The notes beneath the pieces were generated by a model. It did not search any database and was not told where the DNA came from. It saw only the letters and a program-made list of their open reading frames with translations. Shown here piece by piece: positions 20,701 through 25,932 of a stretch of 25,932 bases of DNA; positions within the stretch are counted from its first letter, which is position 1, and each line of letters begins with the position of its first letter. Origin of the DNA: Paraspadella gotoi (Eukaryota > Animalia > Chaetognatha); NCBI GenBank assembly GCA_051294375.1, contig CM119271.1, positions 16,623,935 to 16,649,866 on the forward strand, read 5' to 3'. Both the position numbers and the translations under genes were made by a program.

Positions 20701-21336
20701 CTATTTTCAAAAAAAATTATACATGATTGTTCCTAGTAAAATAATAATGAAAAAATAACCAAAAATAACCCCTTAATAATAATAATAATAACATCAACAA
20801 TATTATTTATATAACTTATTTAACTTATTTAACTTATTTAACTCTTTGATTTAACTTATTTTTTAACTTTTATTAATTAACCTAATGAAAGATATTATGA
20901 TTTTTCATTAAGGACTTTCTAACAGAAATTATGTGATATCTAGGACAGATTGTAATCTAACCTTGTGTTGTATAGATGTTCCCTCTATTTCCAGAAGACC
21001 ACACTGACCTACGCCTCCCAAATTGAGTTTTTAGATATAATGATAGGTAAAATTTTTTTTAAGAAAGAAAGCAATATATATTTGTTTAAATAATATAGAT
21101 TAAATCCTTCATAAAATATAAAAATAAAAACTAGTAAAACAAGTAATTTGCAAATTTTCACTTAATTATTGATAAAGTAACTTCTGTGTGAAACATAAAA
21201 AAAGGAAAAAGTTCAATGATAACTCAATAACTAATTTGAATTACTTTTTTAATTTGTTTGTACATAAATTTATGTACCGCTCTGCAATAATATGTTTTGT
21301 TAATGTGTTCGCTGTCACATTTTTGAGCATTACAAA

Positions 21337-21510
21337 TCTCTCTCTCTCACTCTTTCTTTCTCTCTCTCTAATCTCTCTTTCTCATCTCTCTTTCTTTTTA
21401 TCTCTCTAATCTCTCATTCTCACTCTCTCTTTCTTTCTTTTTCTCTAATCTCTCTTTCTCACTCTCTCTTTCTCTCTCTCTCTCTAATCTCTCATTCTCT
21501 CTCTCTCATG
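21337..21510. repeat. (CT)n-derived repeat with periodic TAA interruptions
   Basis: Direct reading. Confidence 0.9.
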
Positions 21511-21633
21511 TTATTACATTTGCAATTTAACTAATTTTTTTCGCTATTAAACTATTTTTGCTTCCAGTCAGAGATTTATTGGTACTTGTGGGAGGACAGC
21601 GAGAGAGAAAGAGAGGGAGAGAGAGAGAGAGAG

Positions 21634-21673
<40 letters not shown>

Positions 21674-21994
21674 GAAAGAGGGAGAGAGTGAGAGATAACA
21701 GAGAACAGAATCCATCAGTGCGAAATGAAACTTTTTTGTTTTAAAACTGATTCTTTCCCGGTCTCGCTCTCAATCTCAGCGTAGTTTTGCCCTTTACTTT
21801 AACACCTTATAATTATACATTTTAGGTATATTTCATTTATGCTTTATATTTTTTCTTTTGTTCTTTTTTCATAATTTTTGTTTTTGTTTTTACGTTTTTT
21901 TAACGTTGTTTTTCGTTTATGCTTTATATTTTTTGTTTTTGTTGTTGTTTTTGTCTTTGTCTTTGTCTTTCTTTGTCTTTTGTGTCTTTTGTTT

Positions 21995-22385
21995 TTTGAT
22001 GTTTTTTTGTTTTAAAAATTTGAATTTTGAACGTTCTTGAACGTTATATTTTATAGTTTCTTATGAATTAGTTCATAACATTTTATTTATGAGTCCATTA
22101 TAAAAAATATGAATTAGTTCATAATATTTTATTCATGAGTCTATTTAAACGTTTGTGTCTTGTGTTTCTGTTGAATTTTTATAAATTAGTTTTTACTTTT
22201 AAATAAAAAATAATAATGTTGCTTCCTTTTTATACTTGATGTGTTTTTGGTTTAAAAATTTGAATTTTGAACGTTCTTGAACGTTATATTTCTTATGAAT
22301 TAGTTCATAACATTTTATTTATGAGTCAATTTAAACGTTAGTGTCTTTTGTTTCTGTTGAATTTTAATAGTTTAGTTTTACTTGT
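21995..22385 (+). repeat. ~240-bp-period imperfect tandem duplication
   Basis: TTTAAAAATTTGAATTTTGAACGTTCTTGAACGTTATATTT at 22011 and 22251, with matching downstream blocks. Confidence 0.88.
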
Positions 22386-22602
22386 TTACTTTTTTTTAAG
22401 AAAAAAAAATCTCAGCGTCTCGCTCTAACTTTCAGCGTCTTGCTCTCAATCTTTCTTTTCACTTTTTTTCAACTTTTCAATTCTTATTTTTCCTTTTTTC
22501 TTCCTTCTTTCTTTTTTCTTCCTTTCTCTTCCTCCCCCACTTCTTCACACTTCCCCATACTTTCCGACATCCCATATTTCCCCACAATTCCCATACACTT
22601 AC

Positions 22603-22786
22603 CACCCTCCCACCCTTCCCCTTTGCCTACAACACAATCGATCCATGAATTTTTCATTGCATCCAATTTAGTGTTGGAGACTTTTTCGATTAAGGAAGCA
22701 GGCCTCCAAGCTCCATAGTCTTTACTCTGTCCGTCAGCTGCATTCCCTACCCTCATCTCAATCCCCTGCCTTTTTACTGTCGTCAG
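22603..22786 (-). CDS. Candidate internal coding exon of an unidentified gene (184 nt)
   Basis: Minus strand: acceptor TTTTGCAG| at 22787 and donor |GTAAGT at 22602. Only one frame is open: LTTVKRQGIEMRVGNAADGQSKDYGAWRPASLIEKVSNTKLDAMKNSWIDCVVGKGEGWEG. I do not recognise the peptide. Confidence 0.4.
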
Positions 22787-22954
22787 CTGCAAAACTAAGG
22801 ATCCGAAATAATAATTATAAAATGAGTTTTTTTTTGTAAACAACAATGAGGTATTTAAACAATGTAACAAGAATAGGCCTTTCATAATTAGCTAATTGGT
22901 GCAGCAAAAGGCAAAAGGCAAAAGGCCCAATCTCTCTCTTTCTCTGTCTCTCCA

Positions 22955-22993
<39 letters not shown>

Positions 22994-23283
22994 CTCTTGT
23001 CTGCACACACAATCAAATCTAACAAAATACGATTAAAAACTTTTATTAATTTTAATTGGTATTAATTGTAAATAATAAGTAAGTAAATAAAGAAAAAGAA
23101 TTTTTTTTAAGAACTACATTCGATTTTTTTTCAGCATCTCGCCGCAAAGTAGCAAGGAGCGAAGGAGACAACACGACTTTGAAAGATAGAGAGACTGACA
23201 GACAGACAGAGAGGGACAGCAATCAATAGACCTTTGGACAAATACATTTCTGATCTTTTGTCTCCTTTCTTAATTCTTCCTCT

Positions 23284-23343
23284 TCGTCTCTCTCCTCTCT
23301 CTCTCTCTCTCTCTTCTCTTCTCTCTCTCCTCTCTCTCTTTCT

Positions 23344-23441
<98 letters not shown>

Positions 23442-23442
23442 C
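23284..23442. repeat. (CT)n microsatellite
   Basis: Direct reading. Confidence 0.96.
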
Positions 23443-23550
23443 TTTTTGTATTCCCCGTTTCCTAGGCTTTGTCGTTGAATTGTTAATTGGATCAAACTCG
23501 GATTGGAATCATCGAAATAAGAGAAAAGGATTTGAGACGGATCCTCGCTG

Positions 23551-24044
23551 GGGCTGGGGTAAAAGGGAGGCTGTGGTTGAAGGCTGGGGTAAAGGGAGGC
23601 TGTAGTTGAAGGCTGGGGTAAAAGGGAGGCTGTGGTTGAAGGCTGGGGTTGAAAGGTGGAGTAGAAGGCTGGGGTAAAAGGGAGGCTGTGTTTGAAGGCT
23701 GGGTTGAAAGGTGCAGTAGAAGGCTGGGGTAAAAGGGAGGCTGTGGTTGAAGGCTGGGTAAAAGGGAGGCTGTGGTTGAAGGCTGGGTTGAAAGGTGGAG
23801 TAGAAGGCTGGGGTAAAAGGGAGGCTTTGGTTGAAGGCTGGGGTAAAAGGGAGGCTGTGGTTGAAGGCTGGGGTTGAAAGGTGGAGTAGAAGGCTGGGGT
23901 AAAAGGGAGGCTGTGGTTTGAAGGCTGGGGTAAAAGGGAGGCTGTGGTTGAAGGCTGGGGTTGAAAGGTGGAGTAGAAGGCTGGGGTAAAAGGGAGGCTG
24001 TGGTTGAAGGCTGGGGTTGAAAGGTGGAGTAGAAGGCTGGGGTA
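23551..24044 (+). repeat. G-rich minisatellite of interspersed ~30-bp (GGCTGGGGTAAAAGGGAGGCTGTGGTTGAA) and ~26-bp (GGCTGGGGTTGAAAGGTGGAGTAGAA) units
   Basis: Direct reading; strong G/C strand asymmetry. Confidence 0.95.
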
Positions 24045-24067
24045 GAAGAAAGCAAGAAATTTCAAAA

Positions 24068-24210
24068 AAGAAGAAGAGGAAGAGGAAGAGAAAGACAAAG
24101 AGGAAGTGGAGGAGGCAGAGGAATACGAAGAGGAAGAGGAAGACAAAGAAGAAGAGTAAGACGAAGAGGAAGAGGAAGAGGAAGACGAGGAGGAAGAGGA
24201 AGAGGAAGAA
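24068..24210. repeat. (GAAGAG)/(GAR)n repeat
   Basis: Direct reading. Confidence 0.88.
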
Positions 24211-24754
24211 CCTTAGTTGTCTAAAACATTTCTTTCCCGCTCATCAAACAAAGGCGGCTTCTCTGCCCCTTTTCTTCTCTCTCGCTCCCCTTCCTCTCCA
24301 AACACACGCACACTGACACACAAACAAATTAAAAATGAAGATGTCGCTGCGAAAATGACGCCATATTTTTTTTTGGCGTCAAAACTTGGGAGAGTAAAAA
24401 TGTTTTCTTTTTGTTGTTGTTGTTCTGCTTGATGGTGTTGTTGTTGTTATTATTGTTTTTTTCGGTCGTCTTTGTGGTCTTTGTTGTTTTTTGTTGTTGT
24501 TGATATGTTGTTGGTTTGGTGTTGTAGCCATACATATGTTTTTTTTTAAAAAACGACTAATAAAATAATTTTAGTACAATTTAATCAAGTTAATTAACCC
24601 TAATTTCTTTTTCAAATGAGATATTAAATCTCGCTGTGAACAATTCGAACCAGAGAGTGAATGAATTAAGGAATGAATAAAAGAAATAATGAAAGATTAC
24701 AAAAATGTATGACAAAGTGAAGTTGAAAAAAAAATCATTGCACGAATAACAAAG

Positions 24755-25440
24755 AGACGAACGAAGGAAGAAATGAACGAAGGAACAAACGAAGTAACAA
24801 ACTAAAGGTATGACCGTAGAAACGAACGAACGAAAACAATATCGGAGGAACGAACAGTCGAACAAACGAAGGAAAAAAAAAGGGAAAAAAAAGAAACAGA
24901 AGAATGAACAAAAAATGAATGAAGGAGCGAACAAAAGAACGAACGAAATAAGGAAAGAACAAAGGGATGAACAAACAAAGAAACTAACAAAGTAATGAAC
25001 AAAGAAATGGATGAAAGAACAAACAAAAATAAAACTGAGGAACAAATAAAAGAATTAATGAAGGAACAAAGGAACGAAGGAAAACATAACGTAGGAACGA
25101 ACAAAGGAAAAAAGAAGGAATAAAAAAAAGAACAGAGGAACAAACAAAACAACTAACGAAGGAATTAATAAAGAACAAAGGAAAAAAATAATAAAACGAA
25201 TGAATGAACGAATGAACGAACGAAGGAACGAACAAATGAACGAACGAATGAACAAACGAATGAGCGAACGAATGAACGAACGAAGGAACGAACGAATGAA
25301 CGAACGAATGAACGAACGAAGGAAAGAACAAATGAACGAACGAATGAACGAACGAAGGAATGAACAAATAAACGAACGAATAAACGAACGAATGAACGAA
25401 CGAAGGAACGAACAAATGAACGAACGAAGGAACGAACAAA
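24755..25440. repeat. (GAAC)/(GAAT) tetranucleotide repeat, degenerate on the left and homogeneous with 12-bp higher-order units at 25195-25440
   Basis: Direct reading. Confidence 0.92.
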
Positions 25441-25594
25441 AAATGAGAGGAGGAGAGAATCCCCCCCCCCCGAAATAGATGGTGGAATTGCCAAAGGATT
25501 ACTTTGGCTGATTAGATGCAAATTGCGCCAATTTTACGGCTTCCAGAAAAATATTTCACCGGCTTGCTTTTCTTTTACTTGATTTTTCTCTTTT

Positions 25595-25706
25595 TTTTGC
25601 TTGCTTTCTTTCTTTCTTTCTTTCTTCATCTCTTCTTTCTTTCTTTCTTTTTTTTTTCTTTCTTTCTTTCTTCTTGCTTGCTTGCTTGCTTGCTTGCTTG
25701 TTTGCG

Positions 25707-25775
<69 letters not shown>
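25595..25775. repeat. Compound (CTTT)n/(GCTT)n microsatellite
   Basis: Direct reading. Confidence 0.93.
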
Positions 25776-25781
<6 letters not shown>

Positions 25782-25932
25782 GCTCCCTCCCTCTATTTAT
25801 TTTATTTTTTTTTCTCTTTCTTTTTTTTTATGTTTTAATTTAATTTTCAAAAATCTATCTCAAGAAAATCGCGACGGAAAAAATACAGTATCGGTTTTGA
25901 AGAACCTGGACAAGTCCAGGGAGGCTGTAACT

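Noticed and set aside
20700-21340. Hammerhead ribozyme expected near a PLE
   Set aside because: No CTGANGA...GAAA core with stems was found by eye here. The CTGATGA words at 3620 and 18259 lack evident stems. An Infernal search would be needed to exclude one.
24356-24381. 8-bp hairpin TGACGCCA...TGGCGTCA
   Set aside because: A single short inverted repeat with no supporting context; not a terminator in this eukaryotic setting.
2612-25775. (AAGC/AAAG) tract at 2612-2876 and (GCTT/CTTT) tract at 25595-25775 as giant terminal inverted repeats
   Set aside because: Only simple-repeat similarity; the unique flanks do not align.
2486-25843. Dozens of ORFs rich in SL/ER/FS/V/T (e.g. 6520-7074, 10609-11163, 10985-11803, 16318-16899, 19388-19705, 23223-24146, 24984-25439)
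   Set aside because: They are read-through of micro- and minisatellites lacking stop codons, with no domain motifs.

Overview
This window is AT-rich eukaryotic DNA, most likely from an invertebrate metazoan draft assembly. It is dominated by microsatellites and transposable-element debris, and I see no prokaryotic-style operon, CRISPR array or complete host gene. Best-supported content: (1) a 5'-truncated LINE ORF2 (APE endonuclease end plus RT start, 551-2353, minus strand) whose continuation, including the WVDD catalytic motif, lies inverted at about 10-558; (2) at least seven pieces of one non-autonomous Helentron/DINE-1-like (HINE) family between 8976 and 19005, one nested in reverse inside another; (3) a decayed Penelope-like RT remnant at about 20175-20700; (4) a tRNA-derived SINE-like head at about 12977-13057; (5) a 26-bp inverted-repeat pair (5174-5737); (6) a dense, regularly spaced CCAAT-box array that looks like a promoter (7010-7240); (7) two 25-N gaps, each flanked by near-identical duplicated sequence, most likely assembly artefacts. 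Almost all other ORFs in the track are microsatellite read-through. I found no convincing new multi-gene system. The most interesting signals are TE architecture, regulatory motif clusters and a few candidate exons. All alignments were done by eye and no database searches were run.
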